Origin: Octopus sinensis | Lineage: Eukaryota | Reading direction: 5' to 3' | Assembly: GCF_006345805.1 (NCBI RefSeq) | Contig: NC_043005.1 | Coordinates: 82,398,001 to 82,462,000 of the forward strand | DNA: 64,000 bases | Position numbers and translations under genes: made by a program | Shown here: piece after piece, positions 13,402-25,701 of the stretch | Numbering within the stretch: the first letter of the stretch is position 1 | Layout of the letters: each line of letters opens with the position of its first letter | The notes under the pieces: model-generated | Seen by the model: only the letters and a program-made list of their open reading frames with translations | The model's database searches: none | What the model was told of the DNA's origin: nothing

Positions 13402-15362
13402 CGACGTACTTCTTTCAGTTTCCGTCTACGAAATCCACTCAAAAGTCTTTGGTCAGCCGGAGGCTATTGCAGATGACATGGTACTGAACCCGGAACCATG
13501 TGGCTGGTAAGGAAACCACTTACCACACAGTCACTCCTACGCCTATTATTGCACTCCGGCATAATAAAAATAGAATAATCATTCTTGAAAGGATTTGGTT
13601 TTTTAACCAAAAAGAAATATATCTAAATGGAATAAGGTGTGTGTATCGGAGTTCTAAAGATTTTAGCATCAATTAAATATAACAAAATAATGCAGTTTCT
13701 TACAAATTACAACAGAAAAGACTCAAATTCAAACTGTAGTGACTGATAGTACCACAAAACCTATGTATGGTGCTTGTGTAGTATTGTTATTAATTTTACA
13801 TACTTAAAACAGGATTAGCATTATAATATAGATCGCATGCTTACCACTTGCTCAATTCACGCATGCCATCTCCTTGCAATACACTGTATTTAACGAGATT
13901 TTAATGGCAAAAAATATAAATAAAAATAAGGGGAAGAAATGAAAACAGACATTGAGACATTTATAGATGCCCCATGGAGGAGACGGTAAAATTAAATGAA
14001 ACGAATGAAACTGGAATGAAAACCACTTCGCAAAATGATACCAGCGTGGTGCAGGCTTAATTCATGTTCTTCGTAGCTCACATATTCACATTCTAATAAC
14101 CGATTTCATGCCTATGCAATAGACCAAATAAATATCGGTCGAATTATTTATAGTGAATCAACAATAAAACAGAATCTCAAATGGACCGTGCAATCGACTT
14201 GCTGGGAAAATATTTTATCTGCACAGTGTTCCTGCGATTCATTTTTCTAGCTATTTATTTCTATCATTAGCGTAACAATGCAAATATAAAGGGAATAAGA
14301 AGTTTCTACTGAATACATATGAACAGATTGTAGATTATTGAAAAGCAATGTTAGCTGCGACTACTTTCGAAGGAATATTGTAAATAAAGGAAGCCGATTA
14401 GCTTAGTGAATTCATCATTTTGGATTCTGGTTTTAAAATGTTTGCATCAAGACATGTCAGTTATTAGGGACAATATGAAATGAAGTGATACCAATCGGAA
14501 AAAAAGACCCCCAAAAGATAAAGGAAACCTTACTGTTTCTGTTTGCATATTACCATAAAGTAATATCTTCGGTCTGACACTCCAGTCTATGCGTCTGTAT
14601 ATCTCTGTATTTATTTAGTTATAGTTCTCCCCTTATCGATTATGCGTGTCATCAAAATCATTCTAACAGTTATGTTCTCAGCGTTCTTGGTTCCCATGCC
14701 CTTGTTTTGAATAGTAGCATGTGTTATGTGATCTGTTTAATATCGATAACGTTTAGGTTTTCACGTGACCCACATGTTCCCATGAGCTATATGTACTGAA
14801 CAATATATAGTAAAGTGGAATATAACAATAATTGAAATCAATTTTTAGAAGAGACATCCGTGCGGTAATTAAGACGGCTCTTAATTATTTCAATACTTAT
14901 TAATTTCCTATATTTTTATGGTGAGAAAATAGTTTATCTAATCACCCCTAGATTTACTATTGATTGAATACACGTTATTTTATCGAAAAATTGATGACGA
15001 AAGGCAAATTTTGAAACACAGCTAAATTTGGACACAGATCATACACAGAGAATAGAACAGCGAATCTGTGTGCTACACAAGAATCCCTAGTCTGCTCCTA
15101 GATATCATTCCGGAGTTATTAATTCAGGGCATATCAAAAGTTTCATTATATAAACTACTTCAGAAAAATATCGGCACCGACGCAAAATATTTATTCATGT
15201 ATTGAAATGATAATGTAGAAAGAACTTATGGAGAAAAATAATTATGGTCATAATATTCCTATATGCTACGCTGTTGTGAAAACAGTTCTGATTCGAATCT
15301 TAGCAAAACTCGAAATGTTCGTTATAAAACCCCCAAAAATCATTTCTTTAATTTATACAACC
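12912..15362. mobile_element. Non-autonomous DNA-transposon-like element with about 260-bp TIRs, TTAA flanks and GG...CC termini (Kolobok-like)
   Basis: 12912-13170 is the reverse complement of 15113-15362; TTAA at 12908-12911 and 15363-15366. Termini are ambiguous by about 15 bp; no ORF inside. Confidence 0.6.
13171..13543 (-). mobile_element. CORE-type SINE (family A) with an internal deletion
   Basis: Tail TTTTACTCTTTTACTTG...TTTGACTGTGGCTATGCTGGAGCACC, central (CA)/(TA) tract, tRNA-like head ending ...CACTCCTACGCC. Confidence 0.88.
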
Positions 15363-15399
15363 TTAAAGCTACCTTAAATATTAAACGCAATAAGAATCG

Positions 15400-15980
15400 T
15401 GCACTGAAACTGAACATACACAATATGAGAATCTGGGGATCAAAACACATCCATGGGACGAGGAGACGTCGCTGAGAAAGTTCAAAATGAATGTCTAGTG
15501 TGGTATGTCCATTTTTCTTCACAGAGAGATCACTTTCTGCCAATGTTTACCTTAACCATTTGACTGAATATGTGACACCACAACTGGATGACGTTCAACG
15601 AACCACCATTTTCCATCAGGAAGGTGAACCACAACATTGAGAACTGGTTAGTGGCGACCCCTGTTGTACTCTTTCGCCACAACTTTCTCTCATTCTCTCT
15701 TCCTTATTCTTGAGTAAGGCTGCGGCGGTCTGGGGTCCCGTCCAACTGGAGGGGAGATATACACCACAGAAACCGGGCCCATGAGCCTGGCTAGGTTTGA
15801 AAAGGGCGAAAACAAATAGTACCCATATAGAGATGTTTTAAATGAAGCAATGAAAAGAAACAAAACAAAAAACTTCAATATCTACCGGTCATTTTGAAAT
15901 AATTTCACACATTTATCTATTTATTTGCTTCGTAATAAATTTTTGAAATTGTAAAAAGAATTTATGCTCACCCTGTATTT
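15400..15980 (+). mobile_element. Mariner-like relic interrupted by a SINE 3' part
   Basis: KLNIHNMRIWGS..., PFFFTERSLSANVYLNHLTEYVTPQLDDVQRTTIFHQEGEPQH (degenerate FQQDGAPPH), GHFE terminus and a CACCCTG-TA end matching the CAGGGTG TIR class; SINE body at about 15650-15835. Confidence 0.7.
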
Positions 15981-16774
15981 CATAATAAATTCGAAGACAT
16001 ATTAAAATATCACGTACAATAAAAATGCCAGACTGTCACATATGGAGCAATGTCAGTCACTGAACTGCCCAATAAGGTGTAACAAAAGGTTATACAACAA
16101 TAACGCGCGTGTGATGACGATAAATTCTGGACCCACACATTTGCTATATTATTTCATTGACAGGCAAACAACAGTAGACGGATAGTGTAGAGATTTTTAG
16201 CGCACTGAATGCTGCAATGAATGAAAGCAGCCGCTGTAACGTTTCAATAAGTATTGATCGTTATTTGTAAAAGGAAATTCGAATCAAAAGAAATTGAATT
16301 AGTTACCGTATTAATAATCAAAACTCACTCTCTATGCATTTGATGTGATTAGATTTGAATGTACGTATTTGTTATAATATTCCCTAAACATGGGAAATGA
16401 TGTTACTTTGAATAATAGAAAGCAACACTTTGTCTTGTACTCTGACGTTTGCAACACAAATACTTTTGAAATATATCTAGCCGCCGCTACATCGGTTCAT
16501 CGTTAGCGATGTAATTTGGCATTTTTCGTAGATTAATAATATTATTTGAATATACAATATTACCGGATGTTGATTAAATTTCGAAATTAGCAAACACTAA
16601 TAATATTATGCTCTCCAAACTAAAGAACGTTATTGAATTCAAGCTATTTCCGGCTGTTTTCCTTTAAATTATTTAGAATTAACCTCGCTACCTAATTCTA
16701 AATTACTGTTGTAACAGTCACGGTGCAATGGATGTTTTCGCCTTTCCATAATCATGTATTATGTATGAAGAAAT

Positions 16775-16865
16775 GCATATACATGTGTATGTATATATAT
16801 ACATGTATGTATGTATATTTATATATATATATATATAAATATACATAGATACATGTATACATACA

Positions 16866-16911
<46 letters not shown>

Positions 16912-17089
16912 CACATACATATATATATATATATATACACATACATATATATATATATACACATACATATATATATATATACACATACTATATATATATA
17001 CATACATATATATATATACACACACATATATATATATATACATACACACATATATATTATATACATACACACATATATATTATATACAT

Positions 17090-17160
<71 letters not shown>
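16775..17160. repeat. (TA)n/(TACA)n compound microsatellite
   Basis: Direct reading of the sequence. Confidence 0.96.
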
Positions 17161-17161
<1 letters not shown>

Positions 17162-17390
17162 CGGCGGCGAGCTTGGCAGAAACGTTAGCACGCCGGGCGA
17201 AATGAGTAGCCGTATTTCGTCTGCCGTTACGTTCTGGGTTCAAATTCCGCCGAGGTCGACTTTGCCTTTCATCCTTTCGGGGTCGATAAATTAAGTACCA
17301 GTTACGCACTGGGGTCGATGTAATCGACTTAATCCACTTGTCTGTCCTTGGTTGTCCCCTCTGTGTTTAGCCCCTTGTGGGTAGTAAAAA
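17162..17390 (+). mobile_element. tRNA-derived SINE family B (Meta-domain-like core), near intact
   Basis: Head GGCGGCGAGCTTGGCAGAAACG, B-box GGTTCAAATTCC, core TTTGCCTTTCATCCTTTCGGGGTCGATAAA, A-rich tail; an inverse copy lies at 59340-59553. Confidence 0.9.
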
Positions 17391-17491
17391 AAAAAATATA
17401 TATATATTATATATAAGTATATAGATGTATATATACATATATGTAAATATAGATATATACAAGTATGTAGATGTATATATACATATATATA

Positions 17492-17531
<40 letters not shown>

Positions 17532-18009
17532 TATATTAAAGGAGAGTGAGTGAGATAATTAGGGAAACGGAGTGATGGGAAGAGAGCGAGATAAAGAGAA
17601 AAGGGTATATTCTTCTATATTGATGAACAATTCCTTTGTTTTCACTTGAGAAAATTATATTTGATAAATACATGATCCACTGGAGAATTCGCAATCCTGG
17701 AGCCGTAAAATTAACTGCTTTGATTATGCTTAGATATTAGGAATCGGATTGATGCGGGAATGCTGCAGAGATGTTGCAAGAGCTAATTACACGTGACATC
17801 TAAGAGTTTTTCTTCGTGTCATTGATGTAATTTCTAATCTGCTGCATCAAATCAGGTTATGCTTTTCGCTTGAATGCGCGAATGCGTCTGACGCAATAGA
17901 TAGCTGCATCATCAATGAAAAATGTTATTTTGCTTCTAAAATGTGAAATACAAATTCGACTCCCCACAGGATAGGATCGCAAGATGAATTCCTGAAACTT
18001 GCAAATCGA

Positions 18010-18205
18010 GAAGACACCTAAGAGTAGGTCAGTTCAACATGGCTAGGTAATATACATGATCTCATTTGGTCACTCTAAGGTACCAGTAGGAAAATGCAAT
18101 GAGAGTTCCTTATAAGACTATGAAGGAGGTGCTTGAAGAATCTACGATTATGGCATTTCCAGGAAAAGTGGGCGAAAATAATGGATGTATGGATGGATGG
18201 ACAAT
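18010..18205 (+). mobile_element. Degraded RTE-like LINE 3' end with (TGGA)n tail
   Basis: Reads TWLGNIHDLIWSL*G...RRCLKNL, resembling an RTE ORF2 C-terminus, and ends in ATGGATGTATGGATGGATGG. Confidence 0.45.
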
Positions 18206-18317
18206 ATTCGATTTCATACCATAATATGTAAAACGTAATTGAATTTCACAAGAGTGTTTGCCTAGTGCTTTTCAACTTCCATATATATATGCATATGTTT
18301 ATTTATGCATATATGTA

Positions 18318-18348
<31 letters not shown>

Positions 18349-18803
18349 CATACATATATATATATGGATTTTTTACGTATGTATGTATGTATGCATGCTC
18401 GAATGTATGTATGTATGTATGGATGGATATATGCTTCTTGCATGTATGTATGCACTGGGTCATTAAGAGTTCACTTTGGCATTCAAATGATATATAACAT
18501 TTTAAAAAATATTTCTGCTACAATTTTTGCTTTCAAATATTTTTACTATCATTCTATTGGGAATGACATTTACAAAATTCTGCTTTTTCCGTATTGCATT
18601 ACACACTATACAAAAATATTATAAACTCTTTGAAATGGCGAGTACGAAATATTGGACGAGATTCCATGTTGACTAGACGCAGAAGCAGGACGCCTCACAG
18701 TTTTGCGTTGTGGCTAGATATTTCTCAGAAGCATCATTATATAGCCTTCTGCTTTTACGTCTTTCAGAGATATAATCAAACGAAATCGCTCCCGCTATAT
18801 AGT

Positions 18804-19187
18804 GGATGGAAGCACTCCGTCGGTTACGACGATGAGGGTTCCGGTTGATCCGAATCAACGGAACAGCCTGCTCGTGAAATTAACGTGTAAGTGGCTGAGC
18901 ACTCCACAGAGACGTGTACCCTTAACGTAGTTCTCGGGGATATTCAGCGTGACACAGAGAGTGACAAGGCCGGTCCTTTGAAATACAGGTACAACAGAAA
19001 CAGGAAGTAAGAGTGAGAGAAAGTTGTGGTGAAAGAGTATAGCAGGGATCACCACCATCCCCTGCCGGAGCCGCGTGGAGCTTTAGGTGTTTTTCGCTCA
19101 ATAAACACTCACAACGCCCGGTCTGGGAATCGAAACCGCTATCCTATGACCGCGAGTCCGCTGCCCTAACCACTGGGCCATTGCGCC
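18804..19187 (-). mobile_element. tRNA(Arg)-like SINE family C (OR/Ceph-type), copy 1
   Basis: Head GGCGCAATGGCCCAGTGGTTAGGGCAGCGGACTCGCGG...GGTTTCGATTCCC with A/B boxes; 9-bp TSD CTATATAGT (one mismatch in this copy). Confidence 0.9.
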
Positions 19188-19204
19188 TTTACAATATATA
19201 GTAC

Positions 19205-19424
19205 CCGTTGCTTCAAATGGCGAAAATACGACATAATATCTTGGAAATATTGTCTTGGAAAGCCAGCTATTGTCCAAATTGATGGCGGTCCAAAACGCAG
19301 GGCTGTAGCGTAGTTTTGAAGAATATTTATGCTGCAATAGACCAGGAAGATATCGAGGTGTGGTGCAGATGTGTCAATGAATGCAGTGTACAAGTCGTTG
19401 AAGGACGATGGAACCCAGGAGACG
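19205..19424 (-). CDS. Candidate 220-nt coding exon of an unidentified protein (copy 1)
   Basis: Long pyrimidine tract plus AG acceptor, 73 open codons (VSWVPSSFNDLYTAFIDTSAPHLDIFLVYCS...FRHLKQR), weak GTACTA donor, higher GC than the flanks. Confidence 0.35.
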
Positions 19425-19996
19425 CTTGACAAGAGAATACATAAAGGAATAACGAAACAATAAGAAGCTCGATTGATCCCAGCTAGCATAGACAGCTAGT
19501 CATTTTATTTATATATATATATATATAATATATATATATATACATACATATATATATATGGATTTTTTACGTATGTATGTATGTATGCATGCTCGAATGT
19601 ATGTATGTATGTATGGATGGATATATGCTTCTTGCATGTATGTATGCACTGGGTCATTAAGAGTTCACTTTGCATTCAAATGATATATAACATTTTAAAA
19701 AATATTTCTGCTACAATTTTTGCTTTCAAATATTTTTACTATCATTCTATTGGGAATGACATTTACAAAATTCTGCTTTTTTCGTATTGCATTACACACT
19801 ATACAAAAATATTATAAACTCTTTGAAATGGCGAGTACGAAATATTGGACGAGATTCCATGTTGACTAGACGCAGAAGCAGGACGCCTCACAGTTTTGCG
19901 TTGTGGCTAGATATTTCTCAGAAGCATCATTATATAGCCTTCTGCTTTTACGTCTTTCAGAGATATAATCAAACGAAATCGCTCCCGCTATATAGT

Positions 19997-20378
19997 GGAT
20001 GGAAGCACTCCGTCGGTTACGACGATGAGGGTTCCGGTTGATCCGAATCAACGGAACAGCCTGCTCGTGAAATTAACGTGTAAGTGGCTGAGCACTCCAC
20101 AGAGACGTGTACCCTTAACGTAGTTCTCGGGGATATTCAGCGTGACACAGAGAGTGACAAGGCCGGTCCTTTGAAATACAGGTACAACAGAAACAGGAAG
20201 TAAGAGTGAGAGAAAGTTGTGGTGAAAGAGTATAGCAGGGATCACCACCATCCCCTGCCGGAGCCGCGTGGAGCTTTAGGTGTTTTTCGCTCAATAAACA
20301 CTCACACGCCCGGTCTGGGAATCGAACCGCTATCCTATGACCGCGAGTCCGCTGCCCTAACCACTGGGCCATTGCGCC
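19997..20378 (-). mobile_element. SINE family C, copy 2 (duplicated with its flanks)
   Basis: Same insertion site as copy 1, with a perfect CTATATAGT TSD. Confidence 0.9.
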
Positions 20379-20395
20379 TTTACACTATATAGTAC

Positions 20396-20615
20396 CCGTT
20401 GCTTCAAATGGCGAAAATACGACATAATATCTTGGAAATATTGTCTTGGAAAGCCAGCTATTGTCCAAATTGATGGCGGTCCAAAACGCAGGGCTGTAGC
20501 GTAGTTTTGAAGAATATTTATGCTGCAATAGACCAGGAAGATATCGAGGTGTGGTGCAGATGTGTCAATGAATGCAGTGTACAAGTCGTTGAAGGACGAT
20601 GGAACCCAGGAGACG
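20396..20615 (-). CDS. Candidate exon, identical copy 2
   Basis: Same sequence as 19205-19424 within the tandem duplication. Confidence 0.33.
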
Positions 20616-20694
20616 CTTGACAAGAGAATACATAAAGGAATAACGAAACAATAAGAAGCTCGATTGATCCCAGCTAGCATAGACAGCTAGTCAT

Positions 20695-20728
<34 letters not shown>

Positions 20729-21294
20729 CATACATGATGGACATACATACGTACACGTATACCTTAATACATACATACACACATACACATATATATATAC
20801 CCACACACATATATAGGTGAGTGCGTGTGTGTGGTTAGTCTGTATGCGTGGTGTGTACGCGTGTGTGTTTGCCCGAGTGTTTGCGCATCCGCATGAGATA
20901 TGTGGATTAAGTATTAGGAATATCTCGGCTATTGACTCTAGTAATTTTTATATGAGGAACGAATTTTAAATTTTATATCCTGACCAAATTTTTAAAATAA
21001 GTAACTGTTGATAAATTAATTGCTCGTTCTATCTACTACTGATATGAGTCTACCAGTGGAACACCGTCAAATTTTATTCAAAACAGAGGGCAATCATTTT
21101 TGTGGTGTGATATGATGTGCATAACATTAACGCAAATATAATTTTCTGCTGTTTTATTTCATTCACACTGAAGAGATCAAGTAAACTTTGACGTCCATAG
21201 GATTTGAAATCCGTTTGTAAAAAGGTGCAAGAGAAACTATTAAGAATATTCTGCAATGATTTGACGATGTTGCGAAACCGCCACTGCTTAATAA

Positions 21295-21712
21295 TTGTTT
21301 CTTCTATAGGCACAAGGCCTACAATTATGGGGAGGGGCGAAATCCAGTTTATCGACTATAATGCTGTACTGCTACGTATTTCACCGAAAGAATGAAAGGC
21401 TAAGATGACATCGGTGTACTAACATTACTGCTGTTTCGCTGCCTTAGCCGGTGATAATTATAGTGGATAATGTTCTAAAGCACCCTTTGTATTCTTTAAA
21501 AGATTAAATCTGTTGAAGTGGCCGAATCGTTAGCGAGTCGCTCAAGATGTTAATCGACATCTCTTCAGGTTTTATGCTCCGAGTTTAATTCCGCCAATGT
21601 CGACTTAGCATTTCATCTTTTGTAGGTCGATAAAAAATAACACTTGCACACCAGGGTCGATGTAACTGACTAGCCACCGCCCCCAAAGTTTCCGGCTTTG
21701 TGCCTATAGTAT
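21295..21712. mobile_element. Two degraded family-B SINE pieces in opposite orientation
   Basis: Minus-strand piece at 21295-21420 (ATAGGCACAAGGCC) and plus-strand piece at 21510-21712 (GTCGACTTAGCATTTCATC...GGCTTTGTGCCTAT). Confidence 0.65.
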
Positions 21713-23058
21713 AAAGTGCTTTTTACAAGATGGTCAATTTTTAAAATGATCAGACATGCTGCAGTTTTTCAGGGCAGTTTACGTTCAGAGTTCTAGTCTC
21801 ATCCGTGTCAACATACAAATTTCAAGCAATTAAGTATCAGTAAAAAAACTGGTGCCAATATAATCACCATTTAGCGTCTTCTCACATGTATCTAACATGG
21901 CGATTATTTTAGCAATCAATACTTGAAGAATCTTCTTGGGCACATTATCTTGAGCTGGCTCAATGTTTGTCAACTTCTCCACCATTATTTTCGAATAATG
22001 AAGCAGAAAATTGTACAATTTCAATTAGATAATTTCCTTAGTGCTTTAAATAGATAATCAAATACATTTATTTTGTTTGCGCTATGTAGGCTCCACATTA
22101 TAAGTTTGCAACTATACTCTTGGTTTTTATTTCTTACTTTCTGTAATCCGTTGGAAAATTACTTTGCATTTTACCAGTCGTGTAAAACTCTTTGCAACAC
22201 GAAATGATATTCAAAAGTAGAGAAAAATAAATAACTGATAAAATGTTTATATAATATACAGAGAGAATATCTACGAAAGGTAGCCTCTTCTGCAATTTCT
22301 CCAGCAATTTTCAAAATAATTTCTTCAATTTCATACATCGATGCTTCTGTTTAAATATTTCTATTTACTAAATTTTCTCATCTTTATGTTCAGCAATGGG
22401 CATCATCATCGTTAATATAATTTGCGTGTTGACAATAATTATATTTTTGTAGGTTTCATTTCAAAACCGGCCTTGCAGTTTAGTTGAAGTTAAAATGAAA
22501 TAAACAAAAGAAAAGTAAAAATATTAGTCTTAAGTAAAAGGTTTTTCTTTCTTATGAAATTCCATTCTTTACAAAGATTCGTCTCCATTGTTCTCCTTAC
22601 TTCAAGTGAAGGTGTTCAAATATGGAAGAAGTAAGAATATAATATTCGTGTATTTGAAGCATAATCATTAGAATGATTCACCATTTTCATAGAAATAATA
22701 ATGGGGAATCTATATATTTTTTACGGTTGGAAAAATAAAATGGTATATTCATAATTGCATATTCACAGAAGACAAAATTATCTTTATTTTATATTCTTTT
22801 ACTGACATAAAATGTTACACTCGAAATATCTATTGAATAAATCATTTGCTAAAGTTCTACACATTGTATTATTTGTTTTTCTTTTTTCTTTTATGGTTTC
22901 TGTTGCTATCGAAATATATTCACGTTGTGCGCTCTCTTATTCCTTATTGTTTCCTTAGAGACACACTTATGCACGATCAGATACAGACATATATACATAT
23001 CCCACTCCCGAAAACACACAAACGCAGATTTACAAGAAGGCGGCTGATAGTGGCTTAC

Positions 23059-23121
23059 AAGTTTCGGTCGGCTGCCCTTTGTCGACCACTCGGCCAGACT
23101 TTCGAAATCACTTTCAGCCTT
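23059..23121 (-). CDS. Candidate 63-nt exon (KAESDFESLAEWSTKGSRPKL)
   Basis: TACTTATTTAG acceptor, GTAAGC donor, phase 0-0, GC-rich, no stop. Confidence 0.25.
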
Positions 23122-23452
23122 CTAAATAAGTACTCGACAGGGAAGTATTACTACTTCAGTTCAATTCTAGATTTTCATTTTCCAATGTTAGTATCGAGAT
23201 CAAAAAGACACCAAAGATAGCAGATTCGGAGAATACGCTCCACGGCTTGCGGTCAGTCTTTACCATCTGAATACAAATTCCGGTGTGGCTGAATTTGCCT
23301 TTCATCTTTTTAGGGAGGATTAAATAAGTACCAGTTGAGCGCTGTGATCGACGTAACTGGTTGCCCCGTTGAGCCTAAATTAAAAACATTTGTGTGTTTC
23401 TCTGTATTAACAAATATGGAATGAAGTAGATGGAGTTGAAAATAGATTAAAT

Positions 23453-23865
23453 TACTCTTTACTCTCTTTTAATTGTTTCAGTCATTTGACTGCGGCCATG
23501 CTGGAGCACCGCCTTTAGTCGAGCAAGTCGACCCCGGGACTTATTCTTTGTAAGCCCAGTACTTATTCTATCGGTGTCTTTTGCCGAACCGCTAGGTGAC
23601 GGGGACGTAAACACACCAGCATCGGTTGTCAAGCAATGCTAGGGGGGACAAACACAGACACACACACATATACACACATATACATATATACATACATATA
23701 TACGACAGGCTTCTTTCAGTTTCCGTCTACCAAATCCACTCACAAGGCTTTAGTCGGCCCGAGGCTATAGCAGAAGACACTTGCCCAAGATGCCTCGCAG
23801 TGGGACTGAACCCGGAACCATGTGGTTGGTAGACAGGCTACTTACCACACAGCCACTCCTGCGCC
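23453..23865 (-). mobile_element. CORE-type SINE family A, near intact
   Basis: Head GGCGCAGGAGTGGCTGTGTGG...GGTTCAGTCCC (A/B boxes), CORE-like TCTTGGGCAAGTGTCTT, internal microsatellite, tail CCAGCATGGCCGCAGTCAAATGACTGAAAC. Confidence 0.92.
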
Positions 23866-24398
23866 TAAATATCATAGAATTAGATAAAATGAAAATAAAA
23901 TATAAACCAGCGGTGATATATGAATTTCTACATACATATATGTGTGCATCCATACGCATATACATATATATGCACTAATATGTGTGTGTTTGTATGTGAA
24001 CGTACAAATATATGTGTGTGTATGAGTGTGTCTGGGCGTGGGTGTATGTATACGTATATATGGAAACGATTTTTTCGAACATGTGTAATGGGAAGCATTT
24101 ATAGTAGATTGCAAGATATAACGTTCGAATAAATATTTACTGTCATCTACCAAATGTTGGTAAACAATTTTCCAAAATATTCTCAGCTAACATAATCGAT
24201 ATTTTGCAAAGTTGTTTATAAAGATTTCTATATTTATTTGTATATAGTGGAAGAAATGTTTACATAATGATATTTCTTAATTTTTTTCTCTGTGACGCTA
24301 AGTTATAAAACTAAAATAAAAATTGCATTGATTCAATATGAAGTACTTGTTAAGCAAGGATGTCGAAAAGAAAACGATAGAAAAAATAATTTTTTTTT

Positions 24399-24438
<40 letters not shown>

Positions 24439-24769
24439 CACATAAATATTTATATATAAATATTCATCAATTTGTCACTATCACTTATAATTTGTTAATA
24501 TTTTATTGTTTCTACCCACGAAACTAAAACCATATCTTGTTACCGCTTAGCGATCGTGAAACATGCCCGCCATTATTATTTCATTCGAGCAATAGTAAGA
24601 TCAGTGGTTGAGCAGTATTTTAACTGATGTTGTGTGCAAACACAGATACATATGTGTGCAGTCATGGCTACAATCGTCGTATATACTTGTGTGTGTGGGT
24701 GTGTGTGCGTGTGTGTATTTATGAATACTTCGATACATTCAAACATAAATAAAGATCCTTCCTTAGTCA

Positions 24770-24945
24770 TATAGACTAAGGGGGCAGTTTTCCCGGTTTC
24801 CGTGACGCATACACTTCTGCTTTACTAAGCTGCGTAGACTGGTGGAATGTGAAATGAAGTGTTCTGCTCAGGATCACACGACATTGCCCCTTCCAGGAAT
24901 CTAAACCACTATCTCACGACCATGAGTCCAAGACTGTAACTACAA
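24770..24945 (-). mobile_element. Degraded tRNA-derived SINE
   Basis: Remnant head (GGACTCATGGTCGTGAG...GGTTTAGATTCC) and a GGAAACCGGGAAAAC tail similar to that at 15770. Confidence 0.5.
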
Positions 24946-24951
24946 ACCGAC

Positions 24952-25011
<60 letters not shown>

Positions 25012-25275
25012 TTGAGAGAATATTATCCTAACTTACAGGGAAAAATTAAATTTAGAAATACTAAATCAAATTTTTAAAAATATAATATATATATAAAAAT
25101 TGGAAAAAAATACCTTTTATAAATTCAAAATGAACAATTAAATTACACCATCTTAATTTACTTAATCATCCGTATATTATTGTTATTTTATTTTTAATAT
25201 TTCGATTATATGTAATTTTCTAGGTGGTGAAATTTAATTGTTCATTTTGAATAGATAAAGGTGTTTTTTTTTCTA

Positions 25276-25311
<36 letters not shown>

Positions 25312-25643
25312 TGTTAATTATGGAGTACTTCTAACATTGTTTTGTATTGACAAATATTACCATTAATCTTGTAGCTTGATGACTTCTGAAATACCAGAGA
25401 TTTGAACTCAGAACATCAATAGTCAGAATGATATGGCAAAACCGTCGGTCTGACACTGTGCGGCATCTATTAGCTCACTACTCTCAAGTCCTTGAATAAT
25501 AACAACACATGTTTCAAATTTAATTATGCATTTTTCAAAAGTTAACACTGAATAAAACCGGCGACCAAAATAAATATTTGCGGATACAGAAATATATAAC
25601 TTAATAATGTAATAATTTGCTGTCAAATACCATTTCTAGGTCA

Positions 25644-25701
<58 letters not shown>

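Larger units (their letters stand above)
18366..20701. repeat. Near-perfect 1.19-kb tandem duplication (units 18366-19510 and 19560-20701) bounded by (TA)n
   Basis: I counted 5 differences (3 single-base indels, 2 substitutions) over about 1145 bp. Confidence 0.95.

Noticed and set aside
18366-20701. Repeat arrays as possible CRISPR or prokaryotic defence loci
   Set aside because: No repeat-spacer periodicity and no cas-like ORF; the window is eukaryotic repeat-rich DNA.
21830-22024. Protein-like minus ORF (KLYNFLLHYSKIMVEKLTNIEPAQ...)
   Set aside because: An in-frame stop lies immediately upstream and there is no usable acceptor near the start; no homology recognised.
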